Assembly (NCBI GenBank): GCA_050950825.1
Contig: JBMNIH010000002.1
Location: 128,001 to 192,000 of the forward strand
Direction: 5' to 3'
DNA: 64,000 nucleotides
Origin: Clostridia bacterium
GTDB lineage: Bacteria; Bacillota; Clostridia; JAAYHZ01
Part shown: piece by piece, positions 30,200-40,551 of the stretch
Numbering within the stretch: position 1 is the first letter of the stretch
Layout of the letters: each line of letters opens with the position of its first letter
Program-made: the position numbers and the translations under genes
The notes under the pieces: model-generated
The model's database searches: none
The model's input: the letters and a program-made list of their open reading frames with translations, nothing else
Told to the model about the DNA's origin: nothing

Positions 30200-31276
30200 T
30201 TACAAAATTTCTTTTAAGAAAGCCGGCTTGTACCCTCTTTCGGCAACCAATTTCACGGCATCCCATATTTTTTGCTCGTAATCCGGCTGGTATTGGATAT
30301 AGTGGGGATGATAGTATTGTTCATGAATCATCAGCTCAATAAACCTTGATGTATGAGGGTTACTTAGGGTTTTTTCCAAAGACGGTATGATGTCTTCTCT
30401 TTTGAAGGTATTGACCACCATATCGTTTTTAATGAAAGTCAGTCCGAACTCCGTATCGCGATAGATATCTCTTTGGTTGATGTGTTTTGTGTAATATTCG
30501 TCGAAATAATAGGATACCAAGGGCTTCCCGTCGACCATTTCAAAATATCCCACAAGGCCTTTAAAACCGAAATCCTTAAGGGCTTTACAGCCTTCCCTGT
30601 TCACCGCGCCCCAATGAATGGTGGTGTAGTCGCTTAACACTTCTTCACCGGCAAAACGTTTAATCTCGTCGGTAACCATTTGGCAGTGGGTGTATATCTT
30701 TTCATAGGTTGTGTTTTCGTAAGGCTTGTCCGGATCGTTGGCAAGAGCATGGAAGGTCAATGCGATCCAATCGGAATTGGCAATAAACTCGCCCTTGTAC
30801 TTTTCCGGCATCATGGAAAGGTTAAAGTCGGCTTCGTCTTGATAGTAAATATTAAAATGTACCTTGGTACCGAAAGCATCGTGTAATTTCTTAAAGAAAG
30901 CTAAAAACGGGTTATCGAACAAAGATTTATACACGGAAGCGTTTTTGGCAAGGTCTCTCAGCCACCAGATATTGTCATCCAACGAGAAACGGTATTTCAT
31001 ATCCGTATTTTTTGCCCAATAAAGCCGGATTTCGTCCAAAACCCGATTGTCTTTATCGGTAAGAACGATTTTGCTTTCATAGCCCGTAAGAACCGCTTCC
31101 CCTTCGTATACACCGTTTTCGGCTTTCATCGGCCGGCCGTTTAAAAACAATTCGGATCCCGACGGTGCTTGTACGGTAACCGGTATAAAAAGCGCATTGT
31201 CTTTTTCATAACCGTCTTCCTTATACATAAAGTCGCCGTTCCACGGTTTGATGATTTTAATGTTTTTCTCCTTCAT
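30200..31276 (-). CDS. Hypothetical protein with possible polysaccharide-deacetylase (NodB-like) barrel
   Basis: FSLDDN, LTFHA, TIHWG, LMIHEQY Asp/His pattern. Confidence 0.5.
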   Translation of the reverse strand: MKEKNIKIIKPWNGDFMYKEDGYEKDNALFIPVTVQAPSGSELFLNGRPMKAENGVYEGEAVLTGYESKIVLTDKDNRVLDEIRLYWAKNTDMKYRFSLDDNIWWLRDLAKNASVYKSLFDNPFLAFFKKLHDAFGTKVHFNIYYQDEADFNLSMMPEKYKGEFIANSDWIALTFHALANDPDKPYENTTYEKIYTHCQMVTDEIKRFAGEEVLSDYTTIHWGAVNREGCKALKDFGFKGLVGYFEMVDGKPLVSYYFDEYYTKHINQRDIYRDTEFGLTFIKNDMVVNTFKREDIIPSLEKTLSNPHTSRFIELMIHEQYYHPHYIQYQPDYEQKIWDAVKLVAERGYKPAFLKEIL

Positions 31277-31311
31277 AGTTGCACTCCTTTATCATTCCAT
31301 TAATCGTTATA

Positions 31312-32571
31312 TTAAACATCGGCATCTAAGATTGCACCTAAGTCTCTTAATCTATTCTGAAGATCCGGTATGGATACCTCTCTTACGTCCTTCGTCCTTA
31401 GAGCCATGGATGCCGCAACGCCTGCCGCTTCCCCCGTAGCAAAGCCCGGTGCCATCCTGCGAACGGAAGAATGGGCGGATTGGTCGGTGGAAATACACCG
31501 TCCGGTTACGATCAAGTTGGAGATCTCCCGGGTTACCAAGGACCGGTAAGGTATGGAATAGCTCTTTTTCAACGTGTAATATACGGCTTGTCCGTCGTTT
31601 TGAGAATGAATATCTACGGGACAGGAAGCTCGGGCAATTCGGTCCTCAAAGTTTCGACCGGACAAAACATCTTCCCGGTTTAAAATATAGAGCCCTTTGA
31701 TTCTCCTCGTTTCCCGAACGCCGATTACGGGAGCCGTCTGTTCGATATAGGCATTTTCAAATCCGGGCAAAAGCTCCTTGAATACCTTTAAAATATCCCA
31801 TGCTTGCCGTCTGCACTGCAACGTGGCATTCGTTAAATCCGCCGCTTTGATACCGCTCATTCCGTAAACTTCCGTCATGTTAAAGTATGCGCTGCCTTTC
31901 CGAGGATGAGGGAAAATACATACGGTTCGGCAGCTGACGGCATGTTTATCATAGATCTCCTTCATTTTATCAACCGGCAGACATTTTTCAAAGTCAATCC
32001 CGGATACCACCATCATCAAGGTCATTCCCTGCTGTCCGACGGTGCCTGCCAAGTCTTCGTAGGGGACTCCGGTCATCGCACAGATATCTCCGTCTCCGGT
32101 TCCGTCGATAAAGACCTTACCTTCAATCTCCAAATCCCCTTCTTTGGTAAGAACAATAACTTTTGATATGCGATCATTGCCGTCTTTTATGACGTCTCTT
32201 ATCCATCCGTAATACAGAATATGGACATCGTTTTCAAAGCACAAGCGCTCCAATTCGATCTTCAGATATTCCGTATCGCAGGTAGGACCGTAGGTTGTTA
32301 CGGGGGTCGAAGCATAAGGTGATATTTCCGCTAACCGTGTTAAGAACCTTCTGCCGGTTCCTCCGATAACATATTCTCCTTTCAACCCCCAAGTGGTAAT
32401 CGGCTGTACAAGACCTAACGTACTCATACCTCCTAGAGCACCGAATCGTTCAATTATTAAGGTTTTCGCTCCTTCTCTTGCTGCGGCCACGGCAGCCATG
32501 CATCCGGATATACCGCCGCCCGCAACGACCACATCGTAGGATGACGAATTGATAACGTTCATAGTGGACAC
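31312..32571 (-). CDS. FAD-dependent oxidoreductase (FAD_oxidored-type)
   Basis: DVVVAGGGISG, FIDGTGDGD, GVRETRRI, YSIPYRSL, GRCIS. Confidence 0.88.
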   Translation of the reverse strand: MSTMNVINSSSYDVVVAGGGISGCMAAVAAAREGAKTLIIERFGALGGMSTLGLVQPITTWGLKGEYVIGGTGRRFLTRLAEISPYASTPVTTYGPTCDTEYLKIELERLCFENDVHILYYGWIRDVIKDGNDRISKVIVLTKEGDLEIEGKVFIDGTGDGDICAMTGVPYEDLAGTVGQQGMTLMMVVSGIDFEKCLPVDKMKEIYDKHAVSCRTVCIFPHPRKGSAYFNMTEVYGMSGIKAADLTNATLQCRRQAWDILKVFKELLPGFENAYIEQTAPVIGVRETRRIKGLYILNREDVLSGRNFEDRIARASCPVDIHSQNDGQAVYYTLKKSYSIPYRSLVTREISNLIVTGRCISTDQSAHSSVRRMAPGFATGEAAGVAASMALRTKDVREVSIPDLQNRLRDLGAILDADV

Positions 32572-32639
32572 CTGCTTTTGACAATGATTATCAAGAGCTA
32601 TTATATCACGTTCTTACCCGGTTGCCACATAAAAATTGA

Positions 32640-33314
32640 TTACGGATTTACAACCGTCGGGGTTTGACCGACACCTCGCGCACTGCAGGCCAGCTCCGTC
32701 CAAGTGAGGCAGCCTACGATACCGTCCGGGGTAAGCCCGCGGTCTCTCTGAAAACGGATGACGGCATTTTGCGTACCGCTTCCGAATACTCCGTCCAATC
32801 CTCCTCCGGTATATCCTAAAGCATTGAGGGCGTCTTGCAGCACCAATACATATACTCCCCTGTTCCCCAAACGCAGCAAGGGATATCCTGCCGCACATGC
32901 CGGAGGTCCGATTCTTCGGTCAAAATGCACCCATGTGGGTGTCAAGTATTCCGGCTCCACGTAACCCCATACGCCTAACTGCTCCGCTAAAGTGCGAAGC
33001 TGCGCCCTTTCCGCAAAGGTCAAATTCTGGGCCGTGTCAAAAGAAACCCCGGCGTAATGCTGGGATTGGCAGCCGTGGCCTCCCTCCCAAATTCTCTTGA
33101 ATGCAAAGCCTACATAGATGGGTCTTCCCCAATTGAGCCTTGTCACGTTGAAGGCGTCAATGGCTCTTCGATCGCTCCATAGAATCGTGCTGTTACTGCT
33201 GCCACGAAATTCGTTTACCGTAAGATAGGTACTGTAGGGCATGTATTGGTTTTCTTCCCTTTCATACCGCTCCATGGTATTGTTATCCGGATTGTATATT
33301 AAAATGGTGGTCAT
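32640..33314 (-). CDS. Peptidase M15-like Zn carboxypeptidase with C-terminal PG-binding domain
   Basis: SQHYAGVSFD and WVHFD LAS motifs; LQDALNALGY..DGVFG..T..AV..FQ..GLTPDGIVG. Confidence 0.82.
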   Translation of the reverse strand: MTTILIYNPDNNTMERYEREENQYMPYSTYLTVNEFRGSSNSTILWSDRRAIDAFNVTRLNWGRPIYVGFAFKRIWEGGHGCQSQHYAGVSFDTAQNLTFAERAQLRTLAEQLGVWGYVEPEYLTPTWVHFDRRIGPPACAAGYPLLRLGNRGVYVLVLQDALNALGYTGGGLDGVFGSGTQNAVIRFQRDRGLTPDGIVGCLTWTELACSARGVGQTPTVVNP

Positions 33315-33458
33315 TTTCCATCCTCCCGTTATGACATAAAGATATTTTTTCTCTTAAACCCATTATATTCACAGGTTTACATAGTGTTCCTTTCTCGCAG
33401 ATTACCCTGAATATATATAATTTTTCAAGAATTTGAAATGGACGAGAATATAATTGAA

Positions 33459-33476
33459 TATGAATTAGTTTTCATG
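33459..33476 (+). promoter_or_regulatory. Candidate ARG box upstream of argJ
   Basis: TATGAATTAGTTTTCATG resembles the TGAAT-N4-ATTCA ArgR site. Confidence 0.45.
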
Positions 33477-33512
33477 TATAATTATTTATATGAAATTGAG
33501 GTGGTGTATAAG

Positions 33513-34715
33513 ATGAAATTAGTTCAGGGCGGTGTAACTGCTCCTATAGGCTATTTTGCGACAGGAGTCGCAAGCGGAATCAAAAAAGACAATCAACCGG
33601 ATTTGTCAATTGTATGTTCCGAAGATACGGCCGTTGCAGCAGGAGTATTCACTCAAAATAAGGTTAAAGGCCATTCATTGCAATTGACAATGAATCATAT
33701 AAAAAACGGATATGCCAGTGCGGTGGTGATAAACAGCGGAAATGCCAATGCATGTGTAGGGCCGAAGGGGTACGAAGACGCTTTGGAAATTGCGTCTACC
33801 GTAGCGGAAATGATGGATTTGGAGCCGGAGGATATTTTAGTGGGCTCCACCGGTGTTATCGGCAAGCCTTTGGATATGGAAAAAATAAAACCGGCTTTGG
33901 AGGAATTGATTAACAACATGCATCCGGAAGGCGGTCCGGAAGCTGCCCGTGCTATTATGACTACCGACACTTACCCGAAGGAAGTCTCGGTACAAACGGA
34001 AATCAACGGGAAAACCGTTACCATCGGCGGTATGGCGAAAGGCAGCGGTATGATTCATCCGAACATGGCTACCATGATCGGTGTCATAACCACGGACGCC
34101 AATGTATCAAAAAGCGTACTTCAAAAGATTTTAACGACTTGTACCGAAAAAACCTTTAACCGAATATCCGTAGACGGCGATACCAGCGTTTGCGACATGG
34201 TGATTGCGCTGGCCAACGGATTGGCGGAAAACGAAAAAATTGACGAAGGTTCAAAAGCTTACAATCTTTTTTATCAAGCTTTTCTATACGTATGCACCGA
34301 ATTATCTAAAATGATCGTCAAGGACGGTGAAGGTGCCACAAAGCTTGTGGAAATTAAGGTAAGCGGAGCGAAAACGGCCCAAGACGCCAAGGCGGCGGCT
34401 TTTGCCATTGCCAAATCGCCTTTGGTGAAAACGGCCATTTTCGGCCAAGATGCCAATTGGGGACGTATTATAACCGCTTTAGGTTACAGTGAAGCGGAAT
34501 TCGATCCGGAACGGGTGGATATATTTATCGGAGACCTGCCGGTCTGCAAAGCCGGGGCTGCCGTCCCCTTTGATGAAGACAAGGCTTTGGAAATATTAAA
34601 GCAGGACGAGGTTACTCTCTCGGTCAAATTAAACGCAGGCAAATTCGGCGACCGAGTTTGGACTTGCGATTTTTCCTACGACTATATCAAGATTAATGCC
34701 AGTTACAGGTCGTAA
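33513..34715 (+). CDS. argJ: Bifunctional ornithine acetyltransferase/N-acetylglutamate synthase
   Basis: NSGNANAC, STGVIG, IMTTD, KGSGMIHPNMATM, DGEGATK. Confidence 0.96.
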   Translation: MKLVQGGVTAPIGYFATGVASGIKKDNQPDLSIVCSEDTAVAAGVFTQNKVKGHSLQLTMNHIKNGYASAVVINSGNANACVGPKGYEDALEIASTVAEMMDLEPEDILVGSTGVIGKPLDMEKIKPALEELINNMHPEGGPEAARAIMTTDTYPKEVSVQTEINGKTVTIGGMAKGSGMIHPNMATMIGVITTDANVSKSVLQKILTTCTEKTFNRISVDGDTSVCDMVIALANGLAENEKIDEGSKAYNLFYQAFLYVCTELSKMIVKDGEGATKLVEIKVSGAKTAQDAKAAAFAIAKSPLVKTAIFGQDANWGRIITALGYSEAEFDPERVDIFIGDLPVCKAGAAVPFDEDKALEILKQDEVTLSVKLNAGKFGDRVWTCDFSYDYIKINASYRS

Positions 34716-34721
34716 GAATTC

Positions 34722-35219
34722 TTACCATTGCACGCCTGTAATTTTGATGAATCGAGCATTCGCATAAACATATTCGCTGAGCGGATAATGAAAACAATCC
34801 CTGTCGTGAGTGGTCACAAAAACGGACGACTCACGGACAGGTCTTTTTATGTCATTGATCATTAACGAATGGGAAAATCGATTCATACCCGGAAATTGAA
34901 GCTGTATGATGTCTCCGGGCTCCACATGGAACATGTCGGACAACTCCCCCAAAGGACCCGGGCCTTTGTTCGTCGTCAGGAATTGGTATAAAAATTCGAC
35001 GCCGGTCCAAGAGGGGCTTCGGTTGTTTAAATTGATGTAATACCAGCCGTAGACCGGGGTATAGTTCATGACCCCGGAGCCGGCATACAGACATTGGGAG
35101 ATAAAATTGGTACAATCGCCTCCTAAACGATCGAATGCATAATATTGCTTGTTTCTCCCGTAAGCCCATTTTCTTGCATATTCGATTGCTCGTTCTCGAT
35201 TATATTCCTTCTTCTTCAT
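34722..35219 (-). CDS. Putative amidase domain protein (Amidase_6-like)
   Basis: YNRERAIEYARKWA, GGDCTNFISQCL, GDIIQ, HS. Confidence 0.8.
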   Translation of the reverse strand: MKKKEYNRERAIEYARKWAYGRNKQYYAFDRLGGDCTNFISQCLYAGSGVMNYTPVYGWYYINLNNRSPSWTGVEFLYQFLTTNKGPGPLGELSDMFHVEPGDIIQLQFPGMNRFSHSLMINDIKRPVRESSVFVTTHDRDCFHYPLSEYVYANARFIKITGVQW

Positions 35220-35256
35220 GCTAAAGCATATGAAGGCTTACGAGGGTTTATTCCGA

Positions 35257-36507
35257 TTAGATCTCAATAAAACGTTTTCTATACTGTTGTTCTCCTAAAC
35301 GAGGCATGTCCTCGAACAGAATGAATCCGATTCCGTTATACAAATGATAACCTTTTTCTTTGGATTCGAATATTTTCTTTTCCAATGTGGTTTTCGGAAC
35401 AAGCTGTCGGTAGTCGCTTCTCCCGAATACGAAAAAGATGGCGGAGCCTTCGTTCGATCTTTGAGGAGCCAAGTAAAATTCTCTTTGAAAACGAATGATA
35501 TTGGAGTTTTCGTCCAATAGCTTTTCCAAGCAATTTCCCAAAAGCCAGGAGCTGCAAAAGAAAGCTTTGATCGGAACCTCGGGGAAATGCTTGTTGTAAA
35601 AAGGAATGGCCGATTTTAAGGAATATTCGATTTCTTCAAAGGGCATACGGCCTCTTCGGGGTATATGGATGTTGAGCATTTGATCCCCTTCATCCAACGC
35701 AAGCTCCCATTCGCTTTTAGGTAAGGTAATAACCTTTTCGCTTACATATCCCGTGGGTATGATGGGATTTCCCTTTACAATCTTTTCGTCTTCTTCAAAA
35801 ATCGTTTCAAAAGCATTCTCGTCGGTAATGCCGTTGGTTCCGTCCATTAAACCGTCTGTTCGAATCTTTTGGGGGCTGGTGAAGAACGCCACGGTTTTGC
35901 CTAAGGTTTTGTGTCGATACACCTTCAGACCGTGATTGGTTCGGAATTCGTACTGAAGCCGGCCGATGTTAATAAAGACGCCCTTGAAAATCCGGCACAT
36001 CCAGCCTTGGCAATCCACATACCAGATGCCGTAGGCGTCGTGGTATCGGTAAAACTTTTCCATTAAATCAAACAGCGTATGCTCCAGTATTTCCCGGCCG
36101 ATACCTCTATCTTCGAACTTCTTCTTTATCAACCGAATACCGGATATGTACACGATGGCGTCAAAGCCGCCGCAAAGGTCCCCTAAATAATTTCTTAGAT
36201 TCGGCCAGGGTTCCAAGGTATAGACCGATTTTTTCTCGGTCTCAAAGATAATGTAGTTCATATGAAAAGCAAAACGGGCCAAATACTCGTCGCTTCTCAT
36301 CTTCTCTACCACCTGAAGAATCATATCCACGACTTCATCGATCAAATGCAGATAATTGTTCTGCTCTAAGATATATTCTTTTTGCAAAAAGTCCGCATCC
36401 GGCGAGAAACGGCTTTGGGATTCTTCCCATAACACGGACCAATCTTCCGGCTTGATGTTGTCGATCTTCAGTTTTTCCAAAACCTCTTCAAAAATCGGAG
36501 CTCCCAT
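35257..36507 (-). CDS. GNAT-like acyltransferase domain protein
   Basis: IGRLQYE, LNIHIP, FFCSSWLL, SNIIRFQ pattern. Confidence 0.7.
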   Translation of the reverse strand: MGAPIFEEVLEKLKIDNIKPEDWSVLWEESQSRFSPDADFLQKEYILEQNNYLHLIDEVVDMILQVVEKMRSDEYLARFAFHMNYIIFETEKKSVYTLEPWPNLRNYLGDLCGGFDAIVYISGIRLIKKKFEDRGIGREILEHTLFDLMEKFYRYHDAYGIWYVDCQGWMCRIFKGVFINIGRLQYEFRTNHGLKVYRHKTLGKTVAFFTSPQKIRTDGLMDGTNGITDENAFETIFEEDEKIVKGNPIIPTGYVSEKVITLPKSEWELALDEGDQMLNIHIPRRGRMPFEEIEYSLKSAIPFYNKHFPEVPIKAFFCSSWLLGNCLEKLLDENSNIIRFQREFYLAPQRSNEGSAIFFVFGRSDYRQLVPKTTLEKKIFESKEKGYHLYNGIGFILFEDMPRLGEQQYRKRFIEI

Positions 36508-36547
36508 AATTACACCTCGTTCACAGCAGTCTATTCTTTGTCGTTAT

Positions 36548-38944
36548 TCACTCTTCCCGTCCTTGGGTAATGTGAATATCCAAATTCCCGTCGTTAACAA
36601 ATAATCGTGCCGTATCGTAAGCCTTCAGCTTTCCTCTTAAGTAAAGATCGCTTAAAAGATCTTCCACATAGGTTTGAACGGCTCTTCTCAAAGGTCGTGC
36701 ACCGTACTGCCTGTTGTAGCCCTTTTCCGCCAAAAATTCGATTACATCGTCCGCATATTCCAATCGAACATGTTTCTCGGCCAAATCCTTCGACAAATCA
36801 TTAAGCATAAGGACGGCAATCCTCTTGATATCGTCTTTACTCAATTCGGTAAAGATTACCACATCGTCCACACGGTTTAAAAATTCCGGACGGAATATTT
36901 CCTTCAACGCTTCTTTCACGCTGTTTTCCAAGGATTCGGTTTGGTCCGCCGTAAAGCCGATTCCCTTCGATTTTAACGTGGTACCGGCATTGGAGGTCAT
37001 AATCAAAACGGTGTTTTCAAAGGAAACGGTTCTGCCGTGGCTGTCGGTAAGCCGCCCGTCTTCCATGATTTGCAGTAAAATATTGAACACATCCGGGTGC
37101 GCTTTTTCGATTTCATCCATCAAGACCACCGAATAGGGTCTTCTTCGGATTCTTTCGGTCAATTGACCGCCGTCGTCATACCCTACGTATCCCGGAGGAG
37201 AACCGATCAGTTTCGACACGGTATGCTTCTCCATAAACTCGCTCATATCCAAGCGGATCATATTTTCTTCGCTTCCGAACAATTCTTGAGTCAAAGCCTT
37301 GACCAATTCGGTTTTTCCTACGCCGGTAGGACCAACGAAGATAAAGGAGGTCGGCCTTTTTTTGCGCTTCAAGCCGGAGCGGTTTCTTCGAATGGCCTTT
37401 GCCACGGTGCCGACCGCTTTTTCTTGGCTGATAATTCGCTTGTGCAGGTTTTCTTCCAGCTTTAACAATTTTGCCGCTTCCACTTCCGTAATTTTTTGAA
37501 CCGGAATATTCGTCCACGCTTCGATAACGGCGGCAATATCTTCTACCTGCAGTTTATAATTTACGATCTTCTTGCGATTTTCTTTCAGCTCTTCCTCCAA
37601 GCTGATCCGAAGGGCTCTTAATTTGGCCGCTTTTTCATAATCCTGTACGATACCGTCGATAATATTATTTTCGTTTTCCTCTTCGATTTCCTCGATTTTC
37701 TCCATCAGTTCGATTTCCCGTGCAATATACGGATTTTCCAAGTTGGCTTTCGAACCGGCTTCGTCGATCAGGTCGATGGCTTTATCGGGCAAAAAGCGGT
37801 CGGTAATATACCGATCGGATAATATCACGGCGGCTTCCACGATTTCACGGTCGATCTTAACTTTATGGTAATCCTCGTAGTAATCCTTGATACCCATGAC
37901 GATTTCGATGGCTTCATCGACACTCGGTTCTTCCACAAGGATGGGTTGGAATCTTCTTTCTAACGCAGAATCCTTTTCGATGTGCTTGCGGTATTCATCC
38001 AAAGTGGTGGCTCCGATTACCTGGATTTCCCCTTTGGCCAACGCGGGTTTTAAAATATTCGCGGCATTCATGGCGCCTTCCGCGTCTCCCGCTCCCATAA
38101 TGTTGTGGATTTCATCGATAACCAATATTACGTTACCTAGAGCCTTCGCTTCTTGAAGAATTCCTTTCATACGGGCTTCAAATTGACCGCGGAAATGGGT
38201 TCCCGCCACAATCCCTGTCATATCCAATTGGTATATGCGGGCGTTTCGCATTTTAGGCGGAACCTCGCCGTTTGCAATTTTCACAGCCAGCCCTTCCGCA
38301 ATGGCGGTTTTCCCCACGCCGGGCTCACCGATCAGACACAAATTATTCTTGTTACGTCGATTTAAAATCTGAATGGCACGGTTAATTTCGCGGGTACGAC
38401 CAATGACACGGTCCACTTGGTTTGCCCGCGCTTTTGCCGTTAAATCCGTAGCGAAGCTGTCTAAGTTCTTTGTTTTCACTTTTTGCTTTTCGTTCTTGCG
38501 CTGATTTTTCCGGTTCGGCCTTCCGTAATCCTTTTGGACACGGCTGTCCTCCTCTATACGGGTATCCGGGTCGTAATTATCCTTATCATCATCCTGATCC
38601 GATTTGGGATTCGGGAAAAAACGATTGAACAAGCTCATAATGGGATTGGGAGCTTCGTCGTTTTGTCGGGAAGATATATCGGCAAAATCGCCGATGGATT
38701 CTCCTAATTCGTCCATTTCCTCGATGTCCATACCTTCCATCATTTTATCCATAATATCCGAGTTCATCTTATCCAAATCTTCTTCCGACAACCCGGTTTG
38801 TTCCAATATATCATTGATAGGTTTGATACCTTGTTTTTTTGCACAGGAAATACACAGACCCTGTTGGATCTGTTTTCCGTTAATTATTTTTGTTATGAAT
38901 ACTACTGCAATGTTTTTCTTGCAAATAGAACACTTGATCATCAT
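36548..38944 (-). CDS. ATP-dependent Clp protease ATPase, ClpE/ClpC-like with N-terminal zinc finger
   Basis: CSIC...CISC N-terminus, GEPGVGKT, GPTGVGKT, RPEFLNR, GARPLRR. Confidence 0.9.
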   Translation of the reverse strand: MMIKCSICKKNIAVVFITKIINGKQIQQGLCISCAKKQGIKPINDILEQTGLSEEDLDKMNSDIMDKMMEGMDIEEMDELGESIGDFADISSRQNDEAPNPIMSLFNRFFPNPKSDQDDDKDNYDPDTRIEEDSRVQKDYGRPNRKNQRKNEKQKVKTKNLDSFATDLTAKARANQVDRVIGRTREINRAIQILNRRNKNNLCLIGEPGVGKTAIAEGLAVKIANGEVPPKMRNARIYQLDMTGIVAGTHFRGQFEARMKGILQEAKALGNVILVIDEIHNIMGAGDAEGAMNAANILKPALAKGEIQVIGATTLDEYRKHIEKDSALERRFQPILVEEPSVDEAIEIVMGIKDYYEDYHKVKIDREIVEAAVILSDRYITDRFLPDKAIDLIDEAGSKANLENPYIAREIELMEKIEEIEEENENNIIDGIVQDYEKAAKLRALRISLEEELKENRKKIVNYKLQVEDIAAVIEAWTNIPVQKITEVEAAKLLKLEENLHKRIISQEKAVGTVAKAIRRNRSGLKRKKRPTSFIFVGPTGVGKTELVKALTQELFGSEENMIRLDMSEFMEKHTVSKLIGSPPGYVGYDDGGQLTERIRRRPYSVVLMDEIEKAHPDVFNILLQIMEDGRLTDSHGRTVSFENTVLIMTSNAGTTLKSKGIGFTADQTESLENSVKEALKEIFRPEFLNRVDDVVIFTELSKDDIKRIAVLMLNDLSKDLAEKHVRLEYADDVIEFLAEKGYNRQYGARPLRRAVQTYVEDLLSDLYLRGKLKAYDTARLFVNDGNLDIHITQGREE

Positions 38945-39166
38945 TCTATATCCTTTCAAGGTATGAATTGGTTGATTACCTGCACTGTAAAATCAATTCA
39001 TTAATGTCATTAGGCATTAATGAATTATATCATATTCACGGGTACTGCCAACTATTTTTTATGTTACCGATTGTCCTTTATTCGAATCCATTGTTCTTTT
39101 AAAGTATATGCAGAAAATGGGTAAACTCTTACTAAACACCTCAATTATAGCGGCAGGAAAACGAAG

Positions 39167-40024
39167 CTATACATTTCCCAAATAAACATAACGCAAACGT
39201 CTTTCCGCTATTTTTTTCAGCCGATCCATCAATCGTATATCCGTCGGAGGCTTATCGTACATACGGGCCGGAAAGTATCGAGAAATATGCAACGGTATTT
39301 CGCAAGACAATTCGGCCAAAAATTCCGTCGCCTCCTCAAATTCCTCCGGTCGGTCGTTTACATCCGGCACGATAAGCATGGTTACCTCCACATGGACACC
39401 GGCTTGAAACATCTTTTTGACGGTGTTTTTAACGACCTTAAGCTCTCCTCCTATCGTATCCTTGTATGTCTTTTGGTCGTAACACTTAAGATCGATATTG
39501 GCGGCATCCACGTAAGGTATTAATTCCTCCAGAGGCTTTGAAGAAAGGAATCCGTTGGATACCAAGATGTTTTTCATTCCGGATTCTTTGACTTTTTTGC
39601 AGCAATCAAGAACAAATTCATATCCTATCAGCGGTTCGTTGTATGTATACGCTACACCGATATTGCCTCTTGATTTGGTATTTTCCGCAATTTGAACGAT
39701 GTCCTCAGCCGTCATGGTTTCTACCGGGGGTCTTGTCCTGGATATTCTGTAATTCTGGCAAAAAGGACAATTCATATTGCAGCCGAACATTCCAAAAGAC
39801 AAGACATAGGATCCGGGCATGAATCGATTGAAAGGCTTTTTCTCGATAGGATCCAATGCCAAGGAAGAGATTTTCCCGTAGTTTTCGGAATACAAAACTC
39901 CTCCTATGTTCTTTCGAGCCATGCAAAAACCGTATTCGCCCGGTTCAATTCTGCAGCCGTGAGGACATAAGGTGCACAAAACACGCTTGTCTTCTTTTTT
40001 TACATAGTACAAAGCTTCAATCAT
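39167..40024 (-). CDS. amrS: AmmeMemoRadiSam system radical SAM enzyme
   Basis: [39 protein letters not shown]. Confidence 0.9.
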   Translation of the reverse strand: MIEALYYVKKEDKRVLCTLCPHGCRIEPGEYGFCMARKNIGGVLYSENYGKISSLALDPIEKKPFNRFMPGSYVLSFGMFGCNMNCPFCQNYRISRTRPPVETMTAEDIVQIAENTKSRGNIGVAYTYNEPLIGYEFVLDCCKKVKESGMKNILVSNGFLSSKPLEELIPYVDAANIDLKCYDQKTYKDTIGGELKVVKNTVKKMFQAGVHVEVTMLIVPDVNDRPEEFEEATEFLAELSCEIPLHISRYFPARMYDKPPTDIRLMDRLKKIAERRLRYVYLGNV

Positions 40025-40551
40025 GGTTCTCCGTGCCTTACAACCTCAAACCTTTCCATGGTATAGTTTTCATGAGGACCGATACCGGCTTTCATCAAAG
40101 CGATGCGAACTTGATCCTCCGGCGTGTCGACTCCCTCCAAATCGGGAAGAAGCAAACCGGATCGAAAACCTTTTCTTACGATTACGCCGTATTTTTTTAC
40201 ATCCAATTCGTTAAGGGATTCGATTTTTTCCGGCTCCATCAGCACATCCACGGAATAAACCAGATCGGACAATTCCTCTTCCCTAACGGGATAAAACCGA
40301 GGATCCCTTGTCCCTGCACTGATGGCATTGTTTACGATCTCCTCCGCAATATTCTTCGCATAAGGATAAATCGTTCCGATGCATCCCCTCAGCTGTCCGT
40401 TCTTCGTTTTTATGGAAACGAAGACACCGGCTTTCTTATCCGTCATTTCCTTTGGCAAGTCATAATCATGAATATCCGGTCTTTTTCCGGTCCTTACATA
40501 CAACTCCAGCGTTTCTTTCGCAAGCATAACATAAGGGTCTTGTTTCGTCAT
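40021..40551 (-). CDS. amrA: AmmeMemoRadiSam system protein A (AMMECR1 domain)
   Basis: [24 protein letters not shown]. Confidence 0.92.
   Translation of the reverse strand: MTKQDPYVMLAKETLELYVRTGKRPDIHDYDLPKEMTDKKAGVFVSIKTKNGQLRGCIGTIYPYAKNIAEEIVNNAISAGTRDPRFYPVREEELSDLVYSVDVLMEPEKIESLNELDVKKYGVIVRKGFRSGLLLPDLEGVDTPEDQVRIALMKAGIGPHENYTMERFEVVRHGEP

Noticed and set aside
39167-40024. AmrS as the missing NrdG activase
   Set aside because: Its motifs and operon identify it as the AmmeMemoRadiSam enzyme; proximity to nrdD alone is not evidence
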